Source of the DNA: Polyangiales bacterium
GTDB taxonomy: Bacteria; Myxococcota_A; Polyangia; Polyangiales; JADJQN01
Assembly (NCBI GenBank): GCA_964202905.1
Contig: CAXNJO010000001.1
Location: 832,001 to 896,000 of the forward strand
Direction: 5' to 3'
Length of the DNA stretch: 64,000 nucleotides
The notes below the pieces were generated by a model. It was not told the origin of the DNA. It saw nothing but the letters and a program-made list of their open reading frames with translations, and did no database searches. Below, in pieces: positions 9,984 through 19,672 of the stretch (position 1 is its first letter; each line of letters begins with the position of its first letter). Both the position numbers and the translations under genes were made by a program.

Positions 9984-10777
9984 TCCGCCGCCGACGGGAC
10001 CACCGCGCCGGACGCCGTCTCACCCTCGGCGTCCATCTTCGCGCGCGCGATGCTGTAGATCATCAGGCCGTAACCGCACTTTGCGGTGATGTCCGCGAGG
10101 CTGTAGCCGACCTGAATGGCGACGACGCCGGTCGCGCCGAGGAACTCCGCGCCGAACCAGACGGGAAGCCCGTAGGTGATGGGGTAGAAGCCCCAGGTCC
10201 CGAGGAGGAGCAACTGGGTCATGAGGAGCTTGTGCTTCACTTCCCCCGACTCGCGCTCGGCGGCGCGCTTCAGCTCCACGAAGAGGACGTAGAGGATGTA
10301 GGCGAACGGCACCGAGCTCACGATGCCCCAGACGTTGCGCGTGCCCATGTCCGCGGACACTTCGCCGACGTAACCGGTGACGAGCATCAAGACCGTGGCG
10401 AGGATCAGGCGCGTCGTGATGGAGCCGCGAAGGGCCTTCGGAAGCTGAAGCACGGCCACGAGCTCGGCGACGAGGAGCGGGACGGTGAGGAGCCAGTCCA
10501 CGTAGCGGTACCCGTCGTTGAACGGCGTTCCGGTGGGAACATAGGCCCCGTTTTGAAGGCTGAAGGCATGCCCCCACGACTCGAAGATGCGGAAGTAGTG
10601 GTAGCCGGCGATGCCGACGACGAGACTCGACATGACGAGCGCGGGGCGGAAACGCGCGGACACCTGCCCGCGTGCCATCGTGAAGAACGCGAAGGAAGCG
10701 ACCATCGCCGCGATGGCGAGACTCAGCATGTTGTAGACGAGACTGTATTGGCCCAGCGAGAGCGTTGGGAGTTCCAT
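9980..10777 (-). CDS. Microbial rhodopsin, xanthorhodopsin/Gloeobacter-rhodopsin-like DTE proton pump
   Basis: 7 TM; GYHYFRIF, FNDGYRYVDWLLTVPLLVAEL (D-T-E), WGIVSSVPF, TWGFYP, ADITAK with retinal Lys; GAGGTG RBS. Confidence 0.96.
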   Translation of the reverse strand: MELPTLSLGQYSLVYNMLSLAIAAMVASFAFFTMARGQVSARFRPALVMSSLVVGIAGYHYFRIFESWGHAFSLQNGAYVPTGTPFNDGYRYVDWLLTVPLLVAELVAVLQLPKALRGSITTRLILATVLMLVTGYVGEVSADMGTRNVWGIVSSVPFAYILYVLFVELKRAAERESGEVKHKLLMTQLLLLGTWGFYPITYGLPVWFGAEFLGATGVVAIQVGYSLADITAKCGYGLMIYSIARAKMDAEGETASGAVVPSAAE

Positions 10778-11247
10778 GGCACACCTCGGAATTCGGAAAT
10801 GCGTTCAGGTGCCCCCACGGCCAGTCACCGTGGAGGCAGCGCGATCCATGCCCGCTCATCGCAAGGACTTCGTGCGATGAGCCGTCTTCTCGCTTCGCGG
10901 CTCGGACCTTACGAGTCGCGCGGACGGTTTCGAGGGTCGAACTCCTCGGTCGTCAACGCCTCGTGCGAATCCCCCACGATTCAAGCTCCGCCACGCCTGC
11001 GCAGAAAAGCGACGCGCCGCGCGCCGGCGCTGCGCGCATCTCATTGTGCGTCGCGGCCGCGTCCTCCGTCGCTGCATGGCCGTCGGATTCGACATGTCGA
11101 CCATCACGCCGCGTGATCGACGTTTCGAATCAAGCGCTCCAGCGCGTCTCGCCCCGCAAAACGGCACATCGCGCACCGGCGTGAGCCGATGCGCGATGGT
11201 GCGGACAACGTCGGGTGGCGGTGCGCAGCGCGATGGCTGCGTCGGGC

Positions 11248-11751
11248 TCAGTGCCCGCCGGGCGGGGCGACGGCGCGGATGGGCGGGATCGCGGGGCCGC
11301 CGGGGCGGGCCTGGACGACCTGGGCGCCGACGCCGGGCTGGGCCTGGACGACCTGGATGCCCGCGCCGGGCTGGGCCTGGATGACCTGGACGCCGGCGGC
11401 GGTGGGGTCGGCGGCGATGGTCGGGACGGTGGGCATCACCGGGGGCGGCGCGACGGGGCGGGGGCGCGGGGCCTCGCGGAGGACGATGCGCGCGCCCGAA
11501 GCCGCGAGCAGGCCGCGCACCGACGGGTCGCTCTCGCGCACCGTCCAGCCGCGCGTGGAGGCGGGCTTTTCGGTGGGGGCGCCGGCGTAGGTGGCGCTGC
11601 GGGGCGGGGACTCGCGCGAGACCTGCATCGCGCGACCGCCGTTCAGCTGACCTTCGTACGTCTCGCCGGTGACGAGGCGCTCGCAGCCCGTGAGGGACAG
11701 TCCACCCAGTGCTGCCAGCAGAATCACCCGTCCGAGCCCTGCGCGCTTCAT
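11248..11751 (-). CDS. Hypothetical lipoprotein with C-terminal 11-aa QVxQAQPG repeats
   Basis: MKRAGLGRVILLAALGGLSLTGC lipobox; GAGGAGG RBS; three 33-bp in-frame repeats. Confidence 0.7.
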   Translation of the reverse strand: MKRAGLGRVILLAALGGLSLTGCERLVTGETYEGQLNGGRAMQVSRESPPRSATYAGAPTEKPASTRGWTVRESDPSVRGLLAASGARIVLREAPRPRPVAPPPVMPTVPTIAADPTAAGVQVIQAQPGAGIQVVQAQPGVGAQVVQARPGGPAIPPIRAVAPPGGH

Positions 11752-11849
11752 CCGAGCCTCCTCTTCGCGGCGCAGTGCGCCGTCGAGCCGACTGCGTGCC
11801 CCGAGTCGGCGTCGCGGGCAAGGAAAAAGTGTGCCGCGGCGCGACGGCG

Positions 11850-12317
11850 TCAGGGCCAGCCGACGAGCGCGCGCAGCAGCAAGCCGGCGCCGAGGCTCGC
11901 CGCGTTCGCCGCGAGGGACCACGCGAGCGCGCGGCGGACGCCCAGCGCGTGCAGCAGCGCCGCCTCGCCGGCCACGGCGAAGACCTCCGCGAGCGCGACC
12001 ATCGGGAGATACGAGAGTGGCAACCGCGGGAAGGCGAACCACACGAGCGGATGCGTGAGCGCGCTCGGCAGGAAGGCGAGCGCGAGCTGCGTGGCGAGGT
12101 GCGGTGTGCGGATTCGCGTCGCGAGCGTGGGATTCGCGGGGGAAAGATGGATGGAACGAATGGGATTCTCCGGAGGAAGAGAATCCTCATCAACCCGGCG
12201 AAAAGCGCGTGTGTAGAGAGGGATTTCGACGAGCTGCGTGAGCGCGAAGGCCGATGTCCACGCAGCGATCGGCGGGGCGAGGCCGAGCTGCGTGACGAGC
12301 CAGTCGGTGGGGTTCAC
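11850..12317 (-). CDS. Hypothetical multi-TM membrane protein
   Basis: GTGA overlap with upstream gene; LTQLVE, THPLVW, AEVFAVAGEA and SLAANAAS hydrophobic segments. Confidence 0.75.
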   Translation of the reverse strand: MNPTDWLVTQLGLAPPIAAWTSAFALTQLVEIPLYTRAFRRVDEDSLPPENPIRSIHLSPANPTLATRIRTPHLATQLALAFLPSALTHPLVWFAFPRLPLSYLPMVALAEVFAVAGEAALLHALGVRRALAWSLAANAASLGAGLLLRALVGWP

Positions 12318-13408
12318 GCGGCGGGGCGAGCGCGGCGGGCGCCCTCGAGGGCGAAGAGCACGAAGGCCGCGAGCTCGAGGTGGCCGTGGAAGAGGCCCGT
12401 GCGCAGGTAGAGATCGCGCGCGGCGGCCACGTCGAACAGGGCCCAGGCGACGAGGGCGAGCGTCGCGAGGGTGGTGAGCGCGAGCAGCGGTCGGCCGAGA
12501 TCGGCGACGAGCGCGCGCCAGCTCGCGGCGAACGTGCGCGGCGTGTCGCGGCCGCGGTCGTCTTCGGGGACCATCCGCAGCCACACCGCGTAATGCACGC
12601 TCTGCGCGAAGGCGAAGGAGAGCGTGAGTCGCAGCGCCCACTCGCCCGGTACGCGGCTCGCGAGCCACGGCACCTGCACCGTGGCGTCGAGGCCCTGGGG
12701 CGCGCTCCAGAAGAGGTCCGAGCGGTAGACGAGCGGCTCGAGGCCGCCTGCGGCGAGCAGCGCGAGCGCGAGCACGAAGAGCGCGAGCGGCAGGAGGTGC
12801 CAGCGCGTCGCGTGTGGCCGCCACGCCCACCAGAGCGCGAGCGCGACGAGGTTGTGCGCATGCGCGAAGCACAGATCCGTCCACCACGGCGCCCACCACG
12901 CGACCGCGCAGAGCGCCGCGGCGAAGGCGACCACGAGCGCGCGCTTCCACCACGAAGCGCCGCGCGCGATGAGCGCCGCGCCTGCCACGCCGAGCGCGCC
13001 CGCGCGCAGGCCCGCGCCGGACCACGTGGCCGCGATCGGCGCGGCGACGAGCAGCCAGAAGCCCCAGCGCTTGTGAAACGCAGGGCGGACGACGAGGTAG
13101 CGCACGTCCGCGAGGATGTGCGGCACGCCGAGCACGACCGGCCCGAGCGCGAGCAGCCACCACGGGACGAGCAGCGTCGCGAGCAGCGCCGCGCCGACGG
13201 CCAGCGCGCCGACGAGCGCGACGCGCAGCTCGCGGTCGCGCACGAGGCGCCGCGCCACCGGGCCGAGCGCGTGGAGCAGCGCGACGCGCACGCGATCGGC
13301 GGGCAGGAAGACGAGCTCGGCGGTGCCGCGCGCGGGGAGCACGGGGGGAGGATACACGCGCGCGGAAGCGCGGCCTGCGGGCGCCGAGGAGCCGGCCGCT
13401 ACTCCCAC
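12314..13408 (-). CDS. His-rich polytopic membrane protein, possible non-heme-iron membrane oxygenase
   Basis: Multiple TM segments with GVPHILAD, FAHAHN, AQSVHY and FHGHLE motifs; start uncertain. Confidence 0.75.
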   Translation of the reverse strand: MGVAAGSSAPAGRASARVYPPPVLPARGTAELVFLPADRVRVALLHALGPVARRLVRDRELRVALVGALAVGAALLATLLVPWWLLALGPVVLGVPHILADVRYLVVRPAFHKRWGFWLLVAAPIAATWSGAGLRAGALGVAGAALIARGASWWKRALVVAFAAALCAVAWWAPWWTDLCFAHAHNLVALALWWAWRPHATRWHLLPLALFVLALALLAAGGLEPLVYRSDLFWSAPQGLDATVQVPWLASRVPGEWALRLTLSFAFAQSVHYAVWLRMVPEDDRGRDTPRTFAASWRALVADLGRPLLALTTLATLALVAWALFDVAAARDLYLRTGLFHGHLELAAFVLFALEGARRARPAA

Positions 13409-14641
13409 GGGTTCTCGACGACGACGGCGTCGGGGACGATCACGAGGCCGACCCGCACGACCTCATCGGGCTCGGGCGAGACGCGCAGCGGCAGCATGGC
13501 GTCGTAGCGGGCGCGCGTGACGAAGTAGATCAGGCGCGGAGGCGGAGGCGCTGCGCCGGGGCGGCCGAACAACTCGTCGCGCCAGGTGTCGAGGAGCGCG
13601 CGGGTCTCCGCCGCATCGAGGCCCTGTGCGCGGGCGTCGCGCTCGAGCAGGCGGCGGAGGGCGCGGAGATCGCCGTCGCCGTCGCGGACGAGCGTCGCGC
13701 CGGGCGAGGTCGCGCCCGATGGCACGCGACCAGCGCACGAAGCGCGTGCCGTCGACGCGGTAGACGGTGGTTTCGGCCGCGTCGGGCAGACGCTCCGGCG
13801 GGGCGTCGCCGGGGCGCGCGCGGAAGGCGGCGCGGAAGGCGACGGGGCCGTCGTAGAACAGGAAGCGCTCGGCGCTGCCATCGGGCGCGAGGAAGAGCGA
13901 GCGGCCCGCGCGGCGCAGGCCCTCCCAGAAGTGGCCCGCGTGTGCGGGCGCGAGGCGTGTGTTGCCGCGCGCGGTGACGCGGCCGACGAAGCGCAGGCCC
14001 GGATCGCCGCCGTCGCGCAGGATCTGCGCGGCCGGGTAGTGCAGCCACGGGTCGCCGCCTGCGAAGCGCACTTCGAGAGACAGCGGTACGTCGTGCGCTG
14101 CGCGCAGGAAGATGACGGGTTTGCGCGCGACGGCGCCGCCGGGACCGGGCCGAACGTGTCCCCACGGGGCGGGGTCCGGCGCCGGGCGGGGCGGCGTCGG
14201 GCGCGGCTGAAGCTGCGGGCGCGGCGGGGGCACCGGCATGGGTTGCGGCTGCGCGCCGTGCTCGAGCGGCACCGAGGATGTGCCGTCGACGCGGTAGACG
14301 AAACGCGGTGATTCACGCGCGAGATCCTGGAGGTGCGTGACGTGCGTGCCCTCCGGGTCGAGGCGCCACACGCCCCACTCGTGCAGGGTGAGGCCGCTGC
14401 GCGCGCCGGGGCTGCGCCGTGACGGGCCGCGCTGCTGGGCGTGTACGGTGGGGGTCGCGATGAGCGCGCCGAGCGCGAGGGCGCTCAGGGTGAGGGTGAT
14501 GCGCGTGCGTGCACCGGAGACAGCCAGCCGGCCGGCTGTCTGGCGCGCGATGACGTCGGTGCGTGTGCGCAAGCGTGCGTTGGCGGAAGGCATCGCGGTG
14601 TCCGACGCACGACGCGCGGATTCGTGCTGTCCGGGCGTCAT
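13399..14641 (-). CDS. Secreted conserved hypothetical protein (HEWG / KPVIFL / ERFLFYDG type), frameshifted near 13730
   Basis: N-part in the 13463..14998 frame, C-part (GLDAAETRALLDTW...LPLRVSPEP..VRVG) in the 13399..14316 frame. Confidence 0.65.
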
Positions 14642-14652
14642 CGAGGGCGCCG

Positions 14653-16368
14653 TCACGGGGTCTGGGGGAGCGCGGGGGCGGTGCCCGGCGTGGGTTCGCC
14701 GCGTCGGCCGAGGTTCGCCTCGAGCCAACGGAGCACGCTGCGCCAGCCGCCGTCGGCGACGGGCGTCGCGTCGCCCTCGCGCCACGCGTCCTCGGCCGCG
14801 CGGGGGGCGCGCGCGGGCACCCAGACGTGGGCGCTCACGGGCGGCAGAAACGCGCGCTTGTCGACGAAGCCGTCGATGCGGGCGCGCAGCGCGAGGCGCG
14901 CGAGATCGCGCAGCGCGACGACGTTGAGCAGCGTCGCGTAGAGCACCGCGACCGGCCAGCCGAGCCCGCCCGACCCGAAGACGCAGAGCATCAGCCACGC
15001 GGAGCCGAGCAGACCCGCGGCGAAGCGGCGCGGGTGTGGCGAGAGCAGGTACCCCGCGCCGACGGGCACGAAGAGCCCGCCCGAGAGCACGCCGAGCGCG
15101 GCCGCGGCGCCGACCGTCGTGAGCGCCTGCGCGCGGAGGCTGCCGGCCTGCTCCGCGGGGAGGTAGCGCGTCGACTGGCCGCGTTGTGCGTAGCCCGGGA
15201 GCGCCTCGCGCGCCGCGTCGGAGTCGCAGCGCACGCGCACGAGGCCGGCCTCGCGCCCCGCGCGCTCGAGCACGGGGACGACGTGCTTTTCTTCTGCGGG
15301 ATACAGGTACAACACGGTCTCACGTAGCCCGCCGTGCGCGGTGCGGTCGATGAGCGACACCACGCGCGACGTCGACGTCTGCGCGAGCCCGAGGCGCGCG
15401 AGCGACGTCTCCGCGAGCGCGTGCACGCGGGGGCGCCAGAGCACGCGCGCGGCGAACCACACCGCGTCCGGCGCGAAGACGAGCCAGCCGCTCCGCACCC
15501 ACCCCACGACGGGCGCGCGGTAGGCGTAGGCGGGCACGCAGGTCGTCTGCGCGGGGTCGATCCCCGCGTCGCGGAGGGCGCGCGCGAGCCACGCGGGGGG
15601 CGCGGGCGTGGTGGGCGTGCCGTCGTCGGCGATCCAGCCGTGCGCCTTGCGCAGCAGCGCCCAGCCGATGCGGACGTGGATCAGCGTGAGCCGCACGAGG
15701 AGCGGCGCCGTCACGAGCCCGACCGCGAGGTAGACGAGCGCCGCGACGCCGAAGAGCAGGCTGTCGGCGTGCGCGAAGCCGAGCACGCACACGACGAGCG
15801 CGAAGAGGTCGTCGAGGAACGAGTGCGCGAGGCGCAGCGCGGGCAGCGGCACGAGCGAGAGCAGCAGGCGCGTGCCCGTCTTGCCGATCGTCGAGAGGAA
15901 GCCGAAGACGGTGCCGAGCGCGATCGACGCGACCATCACGGAGGTGCCGACCCACATCGCGCCGAGGTCGGCCGTCGCGAGCGGCGCGGCGAGCACGCGC
16001 ACCGCCTCGGGCGCGGCGTCGAGGGGCGTCGCGCGCGCGGTCGCGACGGCGATGAGCGCGGAGACGGCGACGCCCGCGAAGGGCCGCCACGCCGTCGAGG
16101 CGGGCACGAGCCAGCGCTCGACGAGCGGCAGCTTGTCGGCGAGCGACTCGAGGATCGACAGCACGAGGAAGAACGCGCCGAGCCCGTAGAGCAGCCCCGC
16201 GGGCCCGAGCGCGTGGAGCGCGTCGTGCAGGCGCGCGTCCATGACGAGCGCGGGCACCGTGTCGGGCGCGGCGAGCAACAGCAGCAGTCCGAACGGCAGC
16301 CAAGGGTTCTTGCCGGCCGCGGCGCTCCCCGCGACCGCCGCCATCACCGACGAGGGGACGCCATCCAT
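14653..16368 (-). CDS. DUF4126-like membrane protein with C-terminal extension
   Basis: SAAAGKNPWLP, LSILESLADKLP, SFLDD pattern; many TM segments. Confidence 0.65.
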   Translation of the reverse strand: MDGVPSSVMAAVAGSAAAGKNPWLPFGLLLLLAAPDTVPALVMDARLHDALHALGPAGLLYGLGAFFLVLSILESLADKLPLVERWLVPASTAWRPFAGVAVSALIAVATARATPLDAAPEAVRVLAAPLATADLGAMWVGTSVMVASIALGTVFGFLSTIGKTGTRLLLSLVPLPALRLAHSFLDDLFALVVCVLGFAHADSLLFGVAALVYLAVGLVTAPLLVRLTLIHVRIGWALLRKAHGWIADDGTPTTPAPPAWLARALRDAGIDPAQTTCVPAYAYRAPVVGWVRSGWLVFAPDAVWFAARVLWRPRVHALAETSLARLGLAQTSTSRVVSLIDRTAHGGLRETVLYLYPAEEKHVVPVLERAGREAGLVRVRCDSDAAREALPGYAQRGQSTRYLPAEQAGSLRAQALTTVGAAAALGVLSGGLFVPVGAGYLLSPHPRRFAAGLLGSAWLMLCVFGSGGLGWPVAVLYATLLNVVALRDLARLALRARIDGFVDKRAFLPPVSAHVWVPARAPRAAEDAWREGDATPVADGGWRSVLRWLEANLGRRGEPTPGTAPALPQTP

Positions 16369-16522
16369 GGGGCGCGATCCTACGCGGCGCGCGCCACGGG
16401 CGCGAGGCGGTGTGGGGCGTGCAACGCCGCGCCGCGCGGTGGCCCGATGCCGCGCCGTCGCGCGCGTCCGAGCCGCTGACGTCACGCCTCTCACCGCGGC
16501 GTCGCTGCTAGCCTCGAGGCCG

Positions 16523-17356
16523 ATGCGCGTTCATCACCTCGACTGCTGTTCGATGTGTCCGTTTCCCGAGCGGCTCGTGAACGGGCGTGGATCGCTCTTC
16601 GCGCGCGGAAGGCTCGTGTCGCACTGCCTGCTCGTCGAGACGCCGCGGAGCGGGCTGGTGCTCGTCGATACCGGGATCGGGCGCGCGGATGTCGCGGCGC
16701 CGAGAGCGCGGCTCGGCGCGGGCTTCGTGGCGATGTCGGGGATCGTGAAACCCACGGAGGCGATGACGGCGCACGCGCAGGTGAGGGCGCTCGGCTTCGA
16801 CCCGCGCGACGTGCGGCACATCCTCGTCACGCACCTCGACCTCGATCACGCGGGCGGAATCGCGGATTTCCCGGAGGCGCGCGTGCACGTGCACGCCGAT
16901 GAGCACGAAGCCGCGCAGGCGCGCCGGACCTCGCAGGAGAAGCAGCGGTATCGCCCCGCGCAGTTCGCGCAGGTCAGCGATTGGAATCGCTATGCGAGCA
17001 CCGGCGAGCCTTTTCGTGGATTGGCCGCGGTGCGCGAATTGCCGGGTCTACCGCCGGAGATTCTCGCGATTCCGCTGCCCGGTCACACGCGCGGACATGC
17101 GTGCATCGCCGTCGACACCGGCGCGCGCTGGCTCGTGCACGCGGGAGATGCGTATTTCTCGAAGGGCTCGATCGAGGGTAACGGTGGCTGCTGGGGCATG
17201 GAGCGTTTCGAGCGGCTCGTCGCCATCGATCGGAGTCGACTCGCGGAGAATCACGCGCGCCTCGGTGCGCTCGCGCGCGCAGACGATGTGACGGTGTTCT
17301 CGGCGCACGATCCGGATGAGTTCGACGCGTTGCGCGCCTCAGCGCGGGCAGCGTAG
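16523..17356 (+). CDS. Metallo-beta-lactamase-fold hydrolase
   Basis: VLVDTG, THLDLDHAGG, PGHTRGH, HAGDA, SAHD. Confidence 0.92.
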   Translation: MRVHHLDCCSMCPFPERLVNGRGSLFARGRLVSHCLLVETPRSGLVLVDTGIGRADVAAPRARLGAGFVAMSGIVKPTEAMTAHAQVRALGFDPRDVRHILVTHLDLDHAGGIADFPEARVHVHADEHEAAQARRTSQEKQRYRPAQFAQVSDWNRYASTGEPFRGLAAVRELPGLPPEILAIPLPGHTRGHACIAVDTGARWLVHAGDAYFSKGSIEGNGGCWGMERFERLVAIDRSRLAENHARLGALARADDVTVFSAHDPDEFDALRASARAA

Positions 17357-19672
17357 CGCACGCGCGAGGACCAGCAGCGCGCAGAACGCGAAGAGCGCGA
17401 ACGGGCGTGAAGCGCCGCGCGCAGGCCTCGCGCCGATGCGGCAGCCACAACCGCCTTCGAGGCTCGCTCCCGCGCGCGCATCGAGGCCCGCATCGGCCGC
17501 CGCACCGGCGTCGCGGTCGGAGCCTGCGTCCCGGGGGATGCTCGCATCGGAGTCGGCGCCTGCGTCGGTGTCGCTCCCCGCGTCGGGTCCGGACACGCCG
17601 CCGTCCACCGCCGGGGGCGGTACGGCTTCGACCGTCGCGATCAGCTCGAGATCGAAGGAGAGATCGCTCGAGGTGGCGTTGGCCTGTTTCGCGACGGCGG
17701 CGATCACGTTCGCGCCGGGCACGAAGAAGTCGGCCGGGATCGTGCCGGTCGCGACCTCGTTGTCGGCGGAGGCGGTCGTCGCCCACGCGGCGTGGTCCGT
17801 GACGTCGACATTGTGCGCGCCGACCTGCGTGCCGTTGACCCAGATCGCGACGCCGTCGTCGAAGGTCACGCGGTAGCGCGCTTCGGTCACGTTGCCATCG
17901 AGGGTGATGGTCTTGCGGAAGTAGACCGTCGGCACGTTAGGGTCGGCGTCGCGCACGGCCGTCGCCTCGTCTCCGTCGCCGTAGCCGAGCTGCGCGGGGC
18001 CCGTCGGCCAGCCGCCCGAGGCGGTGCGCCATGCGGTTCCGAGGTCTGCGCCGGTGTCTTCGTATTCCCAGACGCCGCCCGCGGGGATGAGCGTCTCCTC
18101 CACGGACGTCGAGAGCGTGAACTCGCCGCTCGTGTCGGTGTCGGCCGCGTCGCTCGTGCTCGTGATCGCGACGCGCACGCGCGTGCTCGACACGGCGGGC
18201 GTCGTCCACGTGAAGGTGCCGTCGTTCGGCGTGCCTGCGGCGATCGGGGTGAAGGCGCCGCTGTCGACGGCGTACGCGAGGTTCACGCTCGTCGCGGTGC
18301 TGCCCGCGCGCGACCAGGTGATGTCGAGGGGCGCGCCGGCGCGGTAGGTGCGGCCCGCGCTCGGGGCGAGCAGCCGCAGTCCCGTGGGCTTCACGAGCTG
18401 CACGGTGTCGGTGATGGCGCCCGTCGCGCGGAGGTTCGAGATCGTGAGCGTCGCGCCGTCGACGTCGACGAGGCACGAGCCGAGCTGCGGCTCGGTGAAG
18501 AACATGAGCGGGTGCACGGAGGCGCGGCCGACGCTCGCGCCGCCGTGTCCCGCGGTGACGAAGAGGTGCCCCGCGCCGTCGGCGACGTAGGGGCCGTCGC
18601 CCGCGGGATCGCCGTCGCGCGCGTCGACGATGTGGCCCGCCGCGGTGGTCGGCGTGTCGTAGGCGCCGTGCGCGAGGAAGGAGCGCTCGTAGATGTGCGA
18701 GTGACCCGCGAGGACGACGTCGACGCCGCCGGCCTCGAGGATCGGCAGGATGTTCTCGCGCATCTGGATGTGCTCGGCCTCGGTGTCCGAGTCGTGCGTG
18801 CCCTTCGTGTAGGGGCCGTGGTGGAAGAACGCGACGATCCACTCCTGCGTCGTCGCGGCGAGGTCGAGCGCGAGCCAGCGCGCCATCGCGCCCGTCGTGC
18901 CGCGCGGGGTCTCCGCAGAGTCGAGCACGACGAAGTGCACGTTGGCGTGGTCGAACGCGTAGTAGGCCTCGGTGCCGGACGCGACGCCGCCCGCCTCGCC
19001 CGCGGTGGGGAGCACGTAGGCCTCGTAGTAGGGGCCCGTCTGCGCGGCGGAGCTCGACGACGCGCCCTCGTGGTTGCCGATCGCGGGCCACGTCACGGTG
19101 TGCCGCAGGACCTCGGCGTAGGGCTCGAAGAAGCGCGTCGTGAACTCGGTCGTCGTGCCCCTGTCGTAGGCCATGTCGCCGACGTGCACGAAGAGGTCGG
19201 GCGGGCGGGCCGCCGTGTGCGCGAGCATCGCGTCGCGCACCGCGCGCTGCCCGGTGCCGCCCGTGCCGGAATCGCCGACGAGCCACACGCGGAAGGGCGT
19301 GCGCGCGCCGGGGAGCGGCGGCGTGACGAAGTAGTCCGCGGCGCTGCCCGGGCTCGCCGGCGGGCAGCTCTCTGCGCCCGTGGCGTAGTGGTAGCGGGTG
19401 GCGGGGGCGAGTCCGTCGATCCGGACGCTGTGCGCGGTGCCTGCGGGGCCCGTCGCGGTGTTCGTCAGCGAGGTGGGGGAGGCGCCGTAACAGACGCCGC
19501 TCGCGCTCGACGCGGTGGTGGTCGTCCACGCGACCGTCATCGAGGTGGGCGTGCCGCGTTGCAGGTAGGGCGCGCGCTGCGCGGACGCGGGAGCGGCGCA
19601 CACCGTGGTGGCCGCGAGCGCGATCAGCGCGTGGGCGGCGCTGCGCGTGAAAGTGCCGAAAAAGCGGCTCAT
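17339..19672 (-). CDS. Secreted purple-acid-phosphatase-like metallophosphoesterase with MYXO-CTERM sorting tail
   Basis: GDSG, GDMAYD, GNHE, HH, GHSHIYER motifs; C-terminal GGCGC + TM + basic tail. Confidence 0.9.
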   Translation of the reverse strand: MSRFFGTFTRSAAHALIALAATTVCAAPASAQRAPYLQRGTPTSMTVAWTTTTASSASGVCYGASPTSLTNTATGPAGTAHSVRIDGLAPATRYHYATGAESCPPASPGSAADYFVTPPLPGARTPFRVWLVGDSGTGGTGQRAVRDAMLAHTAARPPDLFVHVGDMAYDRGTTTEFTTRFFEPYAEVLRHTVTWPAIGNHEGASSSSAAQTGPYYEAYVLPTAGEAGGVASGTEAYYAFDHANVHFVVLDSAETPRGTTGAMARWLALDLAATTQEWIVAFFHHGPYTKGTHDSDTEAEHIQMRENILPILEAGGVDVVLAGHSHIYERSFLAHGAYDTPTTAAGHIVDARDGDPAGDGPYVADGAGHLFVTAGHGGASVGRASVHPLMFFTEPQLGSCLVDVDGATLTISNLRATGAITDTVQLVKPTGLRLLAPSAGRTYRAGAPLDITWSRAGSTATSVNLAYAVDSGAFTPIAAGTPNDGTFTWTTPAVSSTRVRVAITSTSDAADTDTSGEFTLSTSVEETLIPAGGVWEYEDTGADLGTAWRTASGGWPTGPAQLGYGDGDEATAVRDADPNVPTVYFRKTITLDGNVTEARYRVTFDDGVAIWVNGTQVGAHNVDVTDHAAWATTASADNEVATGTIPADFFVPGANVIAAVAKQANATSSDLSFDLELIATVEAVPPPAVDGGVSGPDAGSDTDAGADSDASIPRDAGSDRDAGAAADAGLDARAGASLEGGCGCRIGARPARGASRPFALFAFCALLVLARALRCPR

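Noticed and set aside
10778..11247. Possible CarH/LitR light-responsive operator upstream of the rhodopsin (palindrome TCGACATGTCGA at 11089-11100)
   Set aside because: No 11-bp-period TnnACA tandem repeats were found; a lone palindrome is insufficient
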